64,000 bases of DNA from Lama guanicoe (taxonomy: Eukaryota), in the NCBI GenBank assembly GCA_013239625.1, contig MU053810.1, positions 2,801,518 to 2,865,517 of the forward strand. Direction: 5' to 3'. Every line of letters begins with the position of its first letter. The first letter of the stretch is position 1. Shown here piece by piece: positions 11,790 through 26,488 of this stretch. Below the pieces are notes generated by a model that was not told the DNA's origin, made no database searches, and was given only the letters and a program-made list of their open reading frames with translations. The translations under genes and the position numbers were made by a program.

Positions 11790-14700
11790 CTGTATATTTT
11801 TAAAGATTTTATATTTTTACATTATCATGCAATAAAATTACCCTTTTCTCTTTCATTGTACAGTTCTATGAATTTTAACACATAGGTTCAGGTAACTATA
11901 GGATATACAACCTATGTATAGGAAATGGAATCATTCTTTTTTTTTCTTCTGCATCTTGTTTTCTTATTTAACAAAATATTTTGGAGATTATTCCAGAATA
12001 GTATACAAAGACTTCCCTTGTTCTTTTTCTTTTTTAAATAGCTTAACAGATATAATTCGCATACTGTACAATTCAGTGGTTTTCAGTATATTCAAATATG
12101 TGAGACCATCAGGATGGCCCACTTTTGAGTATATTCATCACTTCAGAAAGAACTCCTGTCCCCTTTAGCTACCATTCTCCCTCCTCATCCCACCCCATCC
12201 CTTGTCACGCACTAACCACCACAAATCTACTTTCTGTCTTTGTAGATTTCTCTATTCTCAACTTATGTGAACAGAATCCTGTAATATGTGAATTTTTGTG
12301 GCTGGCTTCTTTCACGTAGGGTAATGTTTTCCAGGTTCCTCCAAGTTGCAGGCATGTATCACTACTTCATTCCTTTTTATTGAGGAATAATATTCCATTG
12401 TATGGATTTTTCACATTTTGTTTATTCATGTTATCAGTTGGTAAGTGTTTGTGTTGCTTCCATCTTTTGGCTCTTATGAATAATGCTGCTATAAATATTT
12501 GTGTGTAAGTTTTTGTGTGGGCATGTTTTCATTTATCTTGAGTATATACCTAGGAGTGGAAGTGCTAAGTCAAATGGTGACTCTATGTTTAACTTTTTGA
12601 GGAACTGCCAGACTGTTTTCCACTGTGGCTGCACCATTTTACATTCACATCAGCAGTATATGAGGCTTCTGATTTTACTACGTCTTTCGTAAAACTTGTT
12701 ATTATCCATTTTTTGGTCTTACTGCACATCCCAGTGGGTGTGAAGTGGTATCTTGTGGTTTTGATTTCCATTTCCCTAGTGACTAATGATACTGAACTTT
12801 TTTTCATGTGTTTATTAGTGATCTGTATATCTTCTCCGGAGAAATGTCCATTTCAATCCTTTGTCCGTTTTTCACCTGGGTGATTTGTCTTCATTACTGA
12901 GTTGTAAGGGCTCTTTATATATTCTGGATGAAAAGTCCTTCATCAGATAAAGATTGGAAAATATTTCCTCCCCTTCTGTGGGTTGTCCTTTCACTTTCTT
13001 ACTGGTGTCCTGTGAAGAATCAAAGTTTAATTTTGATGATGTCCCAAATTTTTTTTTTTTTTGGTTGCTTGGACTTTCGGTATCATATCTAAGCCCTTTT
13101 GCCAAATCCAAAGTCATGAAGATTTGCCCTTCTATTTTCTCCTGAGGGGTGTGTAGCTTCAGCGCTTACATTTAGGGGACTGCTGCAATCTTGACAAGGT
13201 TAGATCTTCTGATCCATGAACAGGCCCATGATCCACTTAATCTAGATCTTCTTTAGCAGTGTTTTATAGTTTTACAAGCCCAAGTTTGTACTTCTTTTGT
13301 TAAATTTATTCCCAAGTTACTGTATTCTTTTTGATACTATTGTGAATGAAATTACTACTTTCATTTTCAGGCTGTTCATTGCTGGGATGTCAAAATAAAA
13401 TATTTTTGTTTATATAAAATCATGTCATCTGCAAGTAGGGAGAGTTTTTTTCTTCCTTTTCAATTATATTTCTTTTTCTTGCCTAACCGCCCTGGCTAGA
13501 ACCTCCATGGCAGTGTTGAATAGAAGTGGTGAGAGCAGACATCCTTGCCTTGTCCCTGACCTTAGCAGGAAGACATACGCTCTTTCACCTGTAAGCATGA
13601 TGTTACCTGTGGGTTTTAGTAGATGTTCTTGGTCAGGTCGAGGCACTTCCCTTTTGTTCCTAATCTGTTGAGTGTTTTTATTATACAAGGGTGTTGGATT
13701 TTGTCAAGTGCTGCTTTTGAGATGATCTTGTTTTCTGTTCTACTGATATGATTAATTTACATTAACTGATTTTCAGCTATTGAATCAACTTTGCATTCTT
13801 GCGATAACCCTCCTTGATTAGGGTATGTAATTATTTTTATAAGCTGCTGGATTTGGTATGCTATATTCTGTTGAGAATTTTTGCATGTATATTCGTAAAT
13901 ATTAGTCTATAGTTTTCTTCTCATGTCTTTGGTTTGGTGTTAGGGTAATACTAGCTTCATAAAATGTGTTGGGAAGTATTTGCCCTCTTCTGTTTTTTGA
14001 AAGGTGTGTGGAATTTTGGCGTTAATTCTTCTTTGAATGTCTGGAAGAATTCAGTGGTGAAGGCATCTGGGCCCGGCTCCTCTTTGTGACTAGGTCTTTA
14101 ACTTTTTAAATTACTAATTCAATCTGTTTACCTGTTTTGGGTCTATTTCAATTGTCTACTTCTTCTTGATTCAGTTTTACTAGTTAATGTCCTTCTAGGA
14201 ATTTGTCCATTTCATCTGTATCTATTAGAAAAACAGGTATCTGATTTCTTAGCTTACACTTGTTCATGGTATTCCCTTACAGTCCTTTTTATTTCTGTAA
14301 GGTTGGTAGTGATGTGCCTTTTTTCATTCTGATTCTATTAACTTGAGTCCTTTTTCTTTGTTGTCAATCTACTTGAATGTCAATTTTGTTGATATTTTCA
14401 AAGAATCAGCTTTATGATTTACTGATTTTTCTCCATTGCGTTTCTAGTCTCTATTAAGTTCTGCTCTACTTTTTATGATTTCCTTTCTTCTGCTTTAAGT
14501 ATAGTTTATAGTTCCCAGTGTCTTAGGGCGGAAGTTTAGGTTGCTGGTTTGAGATCGTTGTTCTTCCTTAGTAAAGGCACTTGCAGCGATAAATGTCCCT
14601 CTCTGACCACATTAGCTGCATTCCTTAAATTTCAGTGTGTTGTGTCTTTATTTTCATTTATCTTTAAGAATTTTAATTCCCTTTGTGATTTTTTTTCTTT

Positions 14701-15890
14701 GACTCATTTAATTCAGTCGTTTAATTCAGAAATCTTTATTGATTTTCCCAGTTTTGTTCCCTGCTGCTGATTTCTAATCTCATTCTTTTGGGAACAGAGA
14801 ATATACGTGTACTACTTCTGTCTTTTACAACTTGTCTAATAGCCTGCCGTATGGCCTGTCCTGGAATATGTTCCATGTTTGCTTGAGGAATGTATGTTCT
14901 GTTGTTGTTGGGTGAAGTTTTCTAGAGAGATCTGTCAGGTCTAGCCAGTTTATCACATTGTTCAAGTCTTCCTTGCTGATCTTCTGTCCATCATTGAGCG
15001 TAAGCACTGAAATTTCCAACTATTATTGTCGAATCATCTGTCTCTCTCTTCATTTATGTCAGTTTTGCTATATCTGCTTTGATGCTCTACTATTAGATGC
15101 ATATGCTTGTGACTTAAATTTTCCTGGAGTGGCCTTTTGATGATTATAAAATGTTCCTCTTTATCTCTAGTAACTTTTTTGTTTTCAAGTCTATTTTGTC
15201 TAACATAGTATACCCACTCCAGCTTCCTTATGGTTGCTATTTGCACAATGTATCTTTTTTCCCATCCTTTTATTTTCATTTTATTTCCATCTCTGATTGT
15301 AAAGTGTGTCTCCTGTGGACCACACAGGGATCATGATTAATTATCCTGATAATCTCTCTTTTGATTGGATTGTTTAATCCACTTATATTTAAAGTTGTTA
15401 TTGGTATAGTTGAGCCTGGTTTCTTTTAACTTTTTAAATGCCTTTTTTTGTTCCTCTGTTCCTCTATTCTAAGCATTTTCTAATGTAACATTTTAATTTA
15501 ATGATTTGTTTACTGTACTTTGAGGTTTATTTTTTAGACGTTTAAGGGCTTATAATATACATCTTAATCTATGAGAATCAGCTTCAGATTTATACCACCT
15601 TAATTCTAGTGATGCACAGAAACATTAATTCTATGTAGCTGTATTCCCTTTCCCCCTATGTTGTGGTATGACCATTATACATATTTTATCTATTCATGTT
15701 ACAAACCCAGTAATACATTCTTATAATTACTACTTAACCATCTTCAGTAGTTTATTCAGCCCATACAGCTTTGCTCCCACCCAGCCTCTTTGTGCTGTTA
15801 TTGGCAAATATATTACACAAATATTACCCTTCTGTTACAGGCCCAGCAGTAATATCATATATCTATTATTTTATGCAATTGTTTCTTAAC
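11790..15890 (-). mobile_element. Old L1 (L1MB/L1MC-like) composite: 3' UTR and decayed ORF2 pieces
   Basis: Minus-strand ORF fragments resemble L1 ORF2 ([48 protein letters not shown]). Typical 3' UTR motifs aatattccattgtatggat. Confidence 0.9.
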
Positions 15891-16297
15891 TCAGCTTTAA
15901 CTAGTTATCTTACGGAATAGGGGCTCTATGATCAAATCTGGGACATAGGGGTTAGGCTGGAGTGAATGAAAAAATCTAAAATAGGTTTCATTCCCTTCAG
16001 TGAAAACACTGATGAGAGTAACAGAAAATTAACTTAGCAAAATGAAAATTATATTCCATAGGATACAGTTAGGATCAGAGGATAGTTTCACAGTGGCATA
16101 TCTCTACTCAACATACTGAGGAATTTTCTAATTTTCTAAGCTAGATAAATTGTATACTCATTCCTGACATCCTCAGATAACTCAGAAAACAAATGCTGAC
16201 TTCTAGGGATAACCTCAGGTGATTTTTTTCCAAATTCTGGCTGACCTGATGACATTTTAGCTATTCTGTTAATATGTTATGTAACTATGGAGTCCAT

Positions 16298-16517
16298 TAC
16301 AGTTGACCCTCGAATAACACGTTAGAACTGCGCAGATTCACTTACATGTGGAGTTTTTTCAATAAATATGTACCAAAGTACTACACGGCCCATGGCTGGT
16401 TGAGTCTGAGGGTGCAGAACTGTGGACCCAGAGGGCCGACTGTGAAGTTATGAGGATTTCTGACTGTGCAGGGGATTGGTGCCCTCAACCCCCTCATTGT
16501 TCAAGGACCAAATGTAT
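16298..16517. mobile_element. MER8-type Tigger MITE
   Basis: TA-flanked terminal inverted repeats cagttgaccctcgaa ... ttcaaggaccaaatg. Confidence 0.8.
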
Positions 16518-17714
16518 TTTCATTCAGTTGTATTTAACTTTGGCCAACTTTTTGCTGAATCTAGCACTCATTATAACCAGGAACTACTGTAGCTTTCCAA
16601 CAAAAAGGGCACACCTAAACATGAAATAAAACACCTGAAAAATGTTTCCAACTCGTAGAAAGCAGTGATATTCATTCTTATTATTTCTCCAATGTCTTTA
16701 ACTTTTTCTCTGGATTCTCTGTCTGGATAGAAAATACAAGAAATAACAATGTTCATCTTAATCATTATCGAAGAGGGCCTTCCATTAACTTTCTGAGTAA
16801 TGCTTTATAAGTAATGCAGGTGGCCATTTACTGGGAGGAAATACTAGTAACAGACAGTAGTGTAGTTTTGCAGATATTTTTAGTCTATCAGCAAGGTATT
16901 GTATTGTAAGAACCCAACATATATTTACCCACTTTCCTCTTTTTTAAATGGGATCCTCAAATTTTTAGCACAAGGAAGCAATTTTAAATTGCATTAATTC
17001 TTATCAACATCAGCTCAAGGGTCACCAGTCTACTGACTTGCTTCGTCTCTAAGCTATACATGTAAGAAAGAGTTAAGCAAATAATTCAGGGTAATAAAAT
17101 AAACCCCTACAATAAAGAATGGTGCCAGACCACAGATTATACTGTGAGAAACCAGTTCCTTTATGAAAAAAAATCCATAATATTCAAAGTGAATGTCACT
17201 GTAACTAGTATATTGGATCTAGACTTTAAAAAGAAGATAAATCCTCTTGGTGTAAGATACAGGGTTCTGATGAGTGAGTGCAAATTACAAACTCAGTATA
17301 TTAGTAATATAGGACAAAAATAAGATCTAGAAAAAACTTATATGAATGGTAAATGGGAGATATATATATATAGAGAGAGAAGTTTTCATGTAATCTGCAA
17401 GTATGTTTTGTTTGACTGAATCATGGAGGAAGATGAACAAGTATTCAGTTAGCAATTAATGAGACTTTGAGAAGTTCTGTAGTTCAAATATTCAAAGGAC
17501 ATCTGAGAAAGCAGCTGCTTATAGTGCTCTCTGGAGTTACAGCTCCATTAACTGGCTAGTGTCTTGGGACATGAAAAACTCTGCTCTCAAATTTATCCCC
17601 CTTTGGCCCAGAATCTCAGAAAACTTTGAATGGTATTTGATCTAGGCATGACAAATAATACTGCTGACCTATATGCAGGGTTAAAAATCAAGTCTTTGCT
17701 TAACCAGTAGGACA

Positions 17715-18040
17715 GTGCGCCTTAAGTAAGAGTCAAACAATCTGGGTTCTAGTCCCAGGCTTCTGTTAACTAGCTCTGTCGCCTTGAACAAATGTTACCT
17801 CTTTCTAGAACTCACATCTGCAATAAAAGTGATTATTGTAGTGATTTACAATTGTGTAATGGCTCACATTAACAAAGTATTTTCATAATGCGATCACATT
17901 TCACCCTCTAGCTATGCTGTGAAATTCGTATCACAGACTAAGACACTGAAGCTCAGAGTGACATGGGGCCTGCAAAATCACACAGCCCATAAATGGTAGG
18001 GTTAAGGATTTTCTTTTAAATTCTGTTCTCTTTCCACTAT
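17715..18040. mobile_element. MIR fragments in opposite orientations
   Basis: ctgggttctagtcccaggcttctgttaactagctctgtcgccttgaacaa and cactgaagctcagag. Confidence 0.55.
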
Positions 18041-18899
18041 ACTTCTTTACCCATAAAATAAAATACTGCATTAATGATTTCTTTTTTAGTTCAAATATCC
18101 TGTGATTGACTTAATGTGACATTATTAAAGAATTATCTTTCAAGTCAAAGCCTGACTTAGCGTATCACCATGCTGAGAACGGTGGTGTATATATGACATA
18201 GTCTCGCCCACCTCAGGGAGCTTCCAATCTGGTTATTTCTTTGCATACTCGTTCAACAGATTTCAGGTTAATTAGGACTATGCTTATAAGAAAGAAAATT
18301 ATTGTTTATTGTTTTGAAAAAGTCTTTTACTTCTAAATCAGTATTGGCCGAATTAAGACAAGAGGAATCCAAAACATTGTGAATTGACAGTTTGGGATTT
18401 TGGCCTCACCTCTTAAGGCCAATTCTGTATGACTTCCCTTGAGTTACTGTCAATCACCAACTAGGTGAACTTAGTAAAGATTCAAGCCCTTTGTACTCTG
18501 ATTTCTCCACTGTGTGTCAGAGATCTGCAGTAATACCCGTCACCCTGCCGACATGTGAGGGGTCTAAGAATACAGCAGGTTGGGTGAGTATCTTGTTCTT
18601 CCCTCTCCGAAACTCTGTTTTCTCCTCCTTAAGGGGCATCCTCTGTGGAAGTAAACTAAACCAGATAAAGGGAGGACATTTTCTGGACAAGGGTCTGCGC
18701 ATGGCTGTTACTCCTTTGCTAGAACATTCAAATTAGCCCTCAAGGCTCTTTGACAGAGGAATATACAGGCAGGCAAAAATATTAATAGATGGCTGTAGAA
18801 ATCCTCTAATAAAGCTGTCTTTGTTGAAGGGACAGTCTGGAAAGTGTTTCAGGTAGAGGTGGAGCACTCCTACTGTCCTCCTGGGCCTAGGTGTCAGCT

Positions 18900-19055
18900 G
18901 TCCGTGCCACACTGGTTTGATTACTGTAGCCTTATAACATATTTTGCGATCAGGACATGTGATGTCTCCAAGCTTTGTTCTTTCTCAAGATTGTTTTGGC
19001 TATTTGGGGTCCTTTGTGGTCCCATACAAATTTTAGGACTGTTTTTCCTATATTA
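18900..19055 (-). mobile_element. L1 ORF2 fragment
   Basis: tttgattactgtagcctt...tttgttctttctcaagattgttttggctatttggggtcctttgtggtcccatacaaattttagga. Confidence 0.8.
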
Positions 19056-19339
19056 GTAAATCAGCAAAGCTTTTACTATTAAAAAAAATAAAAAGGATGA
19101 GGTAGGGCCATATATATTGACATGGAAAGATACTAAAGGTCAAATATTTTTTCTTTAAAATTTTAAAAGTAGTTTTAAAAATCAAAGTAAAAAACATACA
19201 TAGCTTAAAAAAAAAATCACCAGTTTACAACAAGGGCTTCTATGAAAAGCCATGTACCCTACCCCCAGAGGCACTCATTTCTGGTCACAGTTTTTCTGAT
19301 GCTTACAAGTACATATAACTAAACAATATGCTTTTGGTG

Positions 19340-19890
19340 TATTACATCCTGAATTCAACCTCTTTTCCCACCTCTGCCAATAACCCTGGTCCACACTACC
19401 ATCATCTTTTGCAAGGATAACTGAAATAGCCTCATAGCCTGCCTTCCTGCTTCCACACATCTCCTGCCACAGCATCTTCCTCCGAAAGCAGTCAGAATGA
19501 CCCTTTTAGATCTTGCACTTCTTTGCTCAGAATCTTCTAGTGCTTTCTCATTTCAGAGTAAAATCCAAAATCTTCACCTTCGCCAATGAGGTCACAGTGG
19601 TCTGTTCCTCCACTAGCTCTTGGCCTCATCATCCGCTCTAATCCTCTCCTGGTCAGACATATACTGAGCTCCTTGCTGGGCTCCGCACGCCCCAAGCACG
19701 TTCCTGCCTCAGAGCCCCTGTACATGCCGTCTGGGATGCTCTTTCTCAGACAACCTTGCTCCCTCACTTGCTTTGTGTCTCTGCTCAAACTCACCTCTTT
19801 GAGAGGACTTTCCTGAGAATCCTATTTTAAATCGCAACTCCCTGCAGTCTTTGACCACTTACTCTGCTTTATCTTTCTTCACTGCACTTG
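19340..19890 (+). mobile_element. L2 LINE 3' fragment
   Basis: cagtcagaatgaccctttt...gttcctgcctcagagccc...ctgctcaaactcacctc..gagaggactttcctga. Confidence 0.7.
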
Positions 19891-20441
19891 TCATGCTCTA
19901 CAATTTTTCTTTCACTCCACACCTTCAGGTTTTTTCCATCGTGCTTCTCTGCTGTTCTTTTGGGCAACTGTCTTTGCCTGCATGGTTGCAGCTTAGTTGC
20001 AGGCAAACTGGTATTCCAGCTCTGCGGAAGGGAAGAGTGAGGAAGAGCCCCTGGCAACACACATTACTTCAGTTATGTTCCTCTGAGAAGAAATTAGTAA
20101 CCTAGCCTGAGCAGAGCCTGGGGGGCGTGGAAGTGCAGTGTTTCTGGGCAAATACGTGCCTGACCACAGATCTATTACCAGAGAAGGGGAGAACATATTT
20201 TGATGGACAAGTTGCCATAGTCTTCCAGAGTTTGTTGATTTAAAATACTGGAGAACCATCTGTAAAATATGTAAAATGCTGGACTATGAAAAACTGTTCT
20301 AGAAGATCTTGCATAGTCATGATCCGGTTCTCGCTGTGGAGACAAGTACTATGCTGTGCTCACACTTTTGGTGTCACTTAAAGGAGAACGTTCTCCGTAT
20401 CTAATTCTTTTGTCCTTTGCATCATTCTACTTTTCAGCACA

Positions 20442-21089
20442 CAGGCAGACCTCATTTTTCTGTGCTTTGTGTTACTGTGCTTAACAGATACTGCAGGTTT
20501 TTTACAAATTGAAGGTTTGTGGCAACTCTTTGTCAAGAAAGTCTACCGGTGCCATTTTTCCAACAGCATTTGATCATCTCGTGTCTCTGTTACATCTTGA
20601 TAATTCTGATGATATTGTAAACCTTTTCATTATATTTGTCATGGTGATGTGTGATCAGTGATCTTCAATGTTACTACTGCACAAAAATTAAGACACTCAG
20701 GGAGGGTAGAGTTCAGTGGTAGAGTACGTGCTTATTAGCATGCATGAGGTTATGGGTTCAATCCCCAGTACATCCTTTAAAATAAAAAAATTTTTTTTTT
20801 ACTTTTGTTGATTTGGGGGGGGGTAATTAGTTTTTTTATTTAAAATTAAAAAAATTAAGACACTGAAGGCTCAGATGATGGTTAGCATTTTTTAGTAATA
20901 AATTTTTAAAATTAAAGCATGTCCATCTTTGGATGTGATGCTACTGCACACTTAACAGACTACACTACAGCATAAGCGTAACTTTAAGATGCACTGGGAA
21001 ACCAAACAATTCATGGGAGTTGGTTTATTGCAATAGTTGCTTTATTTCAGTGGTCTGGAACTGAATCTGTAATATCTGAGGTATGCCTG
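20442..21089 (+). mobile_element. Internally deleted Tigger1 (Tigger1a-like) with a nested SINE
   Basis: TIRs caggcagacctc ... gaggtatgcctg; internal ttttacaaattgaaggtttgtggcaac and cactgaaggctcagatgatggttagcatt. Confidence 0.85.
20698..20849 (+). mobile_element. Camelid tRNA-derived SINE with a 15-bp target site duplication
   Basis: ggagggtagagttcagtggtagag...ggttcaatccccagtac. TSD aaaaattaagacact at 20683-20697 and 20850-20864. Confidence 0.9.
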
Positions 21090-21149
21090 AACTTAAATTT
21101 GGACTGTGCCTCTTTTGAATGGTTTTCTGATGTTTGAGGAGTGTCTAGC

Positions 21150-22560
21150 TGCCTTTTGTTCACATATGTACATTTCTGCTGTTGCTCTCACCCAGTCCTT
21201 TGCGCCCCTACTCCGCCGTGGAGTGACCGGCTAGATCACTGTGGGGTCTTGGAAATTCTGTTCACTGGGCTGCATCCACTATTCGTGGACTCCTCGTTGT
21301 TGATTTATTCCTTGTTTGCTGGAGTGCAGTCTCGGGAGTATGAGTATGAGTCCTTCCCCTGTGTAAGTACCACACGCTTGGTCTGTTCTAGGTTCAGAAC
21401 CATCTCTCCTTGAACTGTGAAGGCATCGTTCCCTGGTCTCCCAGAATCTAGTGTTGCTAAGCAATCTGCTGTCACTCTGACCTGCCTTACCTTGGAGGTT
21501 TCTTCTCCCTAGAAGCTTTAAAGATCTTCTGTGGAGTCAGTGTTCATGAATTTCCCAGGATTGTTTCCATGTATTCTACTTGACTTTGGAAGGCTCTTGT
21601 AAGAGATTTGTAAGAGACCACCTTGTAAGTTTCCAGGTGTTTCTTCACCCTGGAAAACCTCGTTATTTACTGAATAATGCTCTTTTGTCTGTTTTCTGTC
21701 TAACTGGAACTTTTAAAGTAAGATTTTGATCTCTTGGACTGATTCCATGTATTCCTTATCTTTCTTAGTAAGTATTTTAAAATTACTTGTCTCTTTATTC
21801 TGCTCTCTCAGAGGTTTTCCTGATGATAACTTTCAACCATTCTACTTATTTGAATACTTATTTTTGTTCTGATTTTTGAAATAGCATCCTTCCCTTTTCC
21901 TTTTGTCTTAATGAATTCAGGAGTCTCTTGACCCTCTAGATGTTGGAAGGCAGGTATAATAAACTGATTCTGGAAGCCTGGTATAACCCTACCTATAGAT
22001 ACCCAATTAACAAAACACCAAAAAGTTCTATAATATTTTAAAGATACATAAATGCAAGAATTCTAAATAAATGAACAAATAAAATCTAGCTGTTTATTAA
22101 ACTTGGTTATATATTACTAATCTTTTATCTTGGAAATACAAAAAGGGTAACTTGATAAGATATTCATCCTCAAGCCATATGAGACAACTTATATGATCAA
22201 GTCAAGGGATGTTAAAAAAAATTGTTAAAATTTCACATCTGTTCCTGAACATAATAAATTTGAATTGGAAAAATTAAATTGAAGGACATTTCCCTAGCAT
22301 AAGTAGTCTTATATCAATGACAAATATTAAAATTAATGGCTAAACATTAGGTTTTCTTATTAAAATGTTGAGCAAAAAGTCCTCACTAATCACTATTACT
22401 GTAATATAACATTTCTTTGGAATTGTTAGCTAATACAATCAAGTAAGATAACAAAATATGATATAAAGTAAATGGTAAAGTATTATTTTCAAGAAGGTAG
22501 AACTATCGATCCTAAAATCCTAATGAATTAACACAACTCTATCTGAAATAAGACCAGTAA
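21150..22560. mobile_element. Highly decayed ancient L1 fragments (minus, then plus orientation)
   Basis: Weak L1ME-like motifs (aatctgctgtcactctga; attctaaataaa...aaaatctagc). Confidence 0.4.
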
Positions 22561-23224
22561 GTAAGGAGGTAAGTTACAGAAATCAGAGCTACAGCACTTT
22601 CCACTTATTTGATGAGCCGTGGTGGGAAGCAAAAAATGATCAGTGTTTGTGAGACTGAGGCAGTGTCCCCTCTCTTACTACCAGAAGCACTGTGGATTTC
22701 TTGAGGCCAATTTTAGAGTCATCAAAGGGTCTAAAAACAATCATATTCTTGAACCAAGCAGCCTACTTCTAGGCATATAAGCTAAGGAAAGAGATATAAA
22801 TGAGAAGATGAATGAAGAAAAAAAAATCCTAGTAAAATAGCCCCAAAGGAAGCAATTTAAATAACAAGTCAGTAGGATGCTCCTTACTTATATGAAGACA
22901 ACAGGGAGTAGTTGCAGGTGTTTAGAAACGTGATGCGGATCTGCATTGTCATGGAAAGCAGCTTATGCTTCCTAGTGAGGTACAGATGAACGCTGTTAGA
23001 ATACGGGGTCCTAACCCTCTAGAAGACTAATGTCGAGAATGATCAACAGCAAGATGTTTATAGAAGTCATTTTTCATTACGGATGATTAGAAGAAACTTT
23101 TAGAAATAATACACTCAAAAGAAATTTTTTTTTCCGTATGAACACAATTTTACTAAAAAAAGGTCTAAGGATAAGTCTCTAGCTACATTTTAAGTGTTTT
23201 TCATATATCCAGCAATAAAACAGT

Positions 23225-23430
23225 ATTAAGTAGCGATAAGAACGTATTAGATGAGGAATCAAAATATCTAATATTGTTCCACACCTCCACTAATACTTGT
23301 GTCGCCTTGAATAAATTCTTAGTAGCAGTTTACTCAACTGTAAAATGGGTATAAATAACTTTTGCCTGTTTCCACAATGCTGTTGTGAAGGTCAAATAAA
23401 ATAACATATTTAAATGTTTTGAAAAATGTA
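23225..23430 (+). mobile_element. MIR SINE
   Basis: cctccactaatacttgtgtcgccttgaataa...ctgtaaaatgggtataaataac...tgttgtgaaggtcaaataaaataac. Confidence 0.65.
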
Positions 23431-26400
23431 AAATACTATAAAAATGAATGATAGCATAGTCAATATTATCACTTAAAGCAGTTAAAAATGTTTTGATCTC
23501 TTATCTGACTTTTGCAATGTTATTCTCATGCAGTAATTTATATAATTTATAATCCAGTTCTACATGTAACTTTGTTCAAAGCTGAGATAGCAATGATGAC
23601 ACAGAATGTAAATCTATAAACCTCTGGCCCAGAAATCGTAATATATAGCAAAACTCTAACCAGGCCAATAGACAGATTAAGCAATTTAACTACGTAGTTT
23701 TCTCTGATGGACACTAAAACGTCCTACTCTCTCAAAATAATGTTCTGCCTTCTCTTTCCTTCAAAAAGGCAACCAAGTTGCCTGAAATTCTTACATCAAT
23801 CATTCATATATTTGGGATAAGGACCTGAAGGCTCTGATTAAAACGTGTATGTGAGTAATGTGGTAACACATTAAACGATCATGTATTATTATCAGATTGA
23901 AAACTGATTATTAGATTAGCTAGTGACTCATCTAGCAAGAACTAGATGAAGGACCCATTCCTTATAAAACTGAAATACCTTTAAAAGTCATGAGGCGAAG
24001 GAGGGGAGAGGAGCATGAGGTCAGGCTCAGGGAGAGAAGTGCTGGGGCAGGAAGCCTGATGAAGAGGGTGGTGAGGATGAACCTGTCACCTTTGCAACTT
24101 GTGGAACACTGGTCTGACTCTAAAAGGAACAGCAATAATAAATATTTGCCAAAATATATACAAGTTAAATTGCTGAATTCTACTCTGGATAAATACAAGC
24201 GATGTTATTAGCTTTGTTTAATAAATGCAAAGTTTTAACTAAGATATACCTGAACTGTAACACTTTATTATAGATAAAATATTTCAAATGTTAACTAACA
24301 CATGCCATTCAGCATTATATATACTACGTACTTAGTTCACTGATAAAAGTTTACTTGCTATTGAACAGTCCACAAATGTTTTCTGAAACAACTGCCCTAA
24401 CAGCACGACTCCCCCACCAGGTACCTCCTCCACCCTTGTGGCTATACAAAAGAAAACTGGGAATTTTGTCATTTTTCCTCCTCCTTTTCACTCGCATTTG
24501 GGGACGCTTATCTGCACGCCCCTTATGCCTCACTGTGGCACTAAGCTAATGATAAATCTAACCACCTATCTTCTGTTTTGCTGCCTACCTGGGCCTTTTC
24601 TAAGCAGGCAGAAAATCTCTAAATCGGTCTGTTATCACAACCAGAATGCAAGAGATTAGTGACCACGGAGAGAAGCAGAATCGGTTTACATCCTTTCGGG
24701 CAAGAGGAATGATATTATTTCACAAGCAAGAAATCTGAGGCTCCCTGACCTTAATTTAGAAAACCTGCAGTTAATAATCACATTAAAGTTGGTTTTACAA
24801 GCCAGACAGTTTTTGTTTCCTCTGTTATTTTTACAATTTGAGTGTCCTTTGTGGTTACCAAAATTGTCCGATTGAAAGACACAGATTGACACTGAAAATA
24901 TTTCATCGTAATAAAGCAGGCCTTGCTGCTTAGGTATATCTGACTTCACATACACTTTGCATTGATTTTTTTTTTTAAGAAAGCTAATAACATTGTTCCA
25001 GAGTAGAATTTAGCACTTTAACTCATTAATTATGACAATTAATACACAGAAAATTCTTAATTGAGGAATAAAATGGATTTTTCACTCTAATCTGCCAATC
25101 CAAATAAAAAATTTATAGATTCCACCACAGGCACACTCACCCCTCCCCCAAAAAGGTCAGTTGTTTCTTGAAGGAAAGAGAACTAAGCCTGAAGCTACAC
25201 ACTTAGCAAAGTCAAAGGCCAGATGTGCAGAGCTGGGGCGAATGGGTACAGGTGGCCGGTCAGTGTGCAGGGCTTCCGATGACAGCAAACTGAACTTGCT
25301 TTCTTTTTCAGAGTCAAATGCTTAATGAAAACAAATCTAATTACCACCATATGCCAAAAAGTATCAGTGATCTTCCAAAGTATGGTCAACTTTCACTTAA
25401 CATTCTACTAAAGTAAGTGTATTAGCCAAACTCATTTTAGCTGCTTCAGTGTAATTCACTGTGTGTTCACTAAAGTGACTTCTGAGTCTTAAGACACCTG
25501 TCCTCTTCTAGAGAGAGAGAGTGGTTTACAGTCTGTGTGTATGTGTAGTTACTGGAATGAAATGTACAGTCCAGCCATGGAAACGATGCTCACAGAATTA
25601 ACACAGAGTATGAGTCTATATATGTGCATACGGGTACAGAAGAAAAGTTACAATGGCAGTTTTAGTGCCCCAAACCTTAAGGTTTATACCCAAGGTACTT
25701 TTGCAGTCTTTTGAAAATGCTACTTCCATGGTAAAAGGAAAAAATATCTATTGTATACACTGAATCAGTCTCTTCTGGGTAAGAAAAGAATTTAAAAAAC
25801 GAACCTATGGGATGAATTTGCAAAAGTGTGAAAAGATGACTTTACATATACCAAGACTGCACTAAGACTATGCTTGTAAGTTATGTGGATTTTCTGTATC
25901 TATAATACTAACCAGCCACTTCAAGGCTCTGTTGGTTACATCATGTATATTCTTATCATTTAAACATTCATCTCTCTCCTCTTAAAAATATAGATTAAAA
26001 TTTAACCAAATTTTAATGACAACAAATTTAAAGTGTTGCTCTAATCAATTTCTTACTTGCCTCTATCATTAATTGTAAGGTGTCACAGAAATATTATTTA
26101 AAAAGTTAAGGCAGTGCTGTCTTCAAGGGTGATACTAAATAGTGAACTAGTCTCTCTCATTAGCCAACTGAACTCAAAGTTTTGGGACCCTTTTAAACCA
26201 ATGCTTGTTTTATGACTTTCTAAAACTTATTTTAGTAATTTCTGTTAATCATCATATTAACAATAGCAGTACAGTCAGAGGATTACAGTACTTAAACATC
26301 ACTAAGGATGGAATATCTTTAATCTGGTCAGATATTTACTGATAAGTAAGTCATTAACTTATCTTTTACAAACAGCCTTTAAGCCAGATAATAAGATGCA

Positions 26401-26485
26401 CATCCCAGTAACATTCTCAGCAGAAGAAAAGGTATCCTTATGACTTTTCTCCAGTCACCTAAGCTAACTGGTCTCATTATGAAAT

Positions 26486-26488
<3 letters not shown>

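Noticed and set aside
23590..23710. C/D-box snoRNA starting at aatgatga
   Set aside because: I could not find a suitably placed D box with a terminal stem.
24588..24765. Possible cryptic minus-strand exon (ctgcag acceptor, CCAG|gtaggc donor)
   Set aside because: There is no polypyrimidine tract and no other support.
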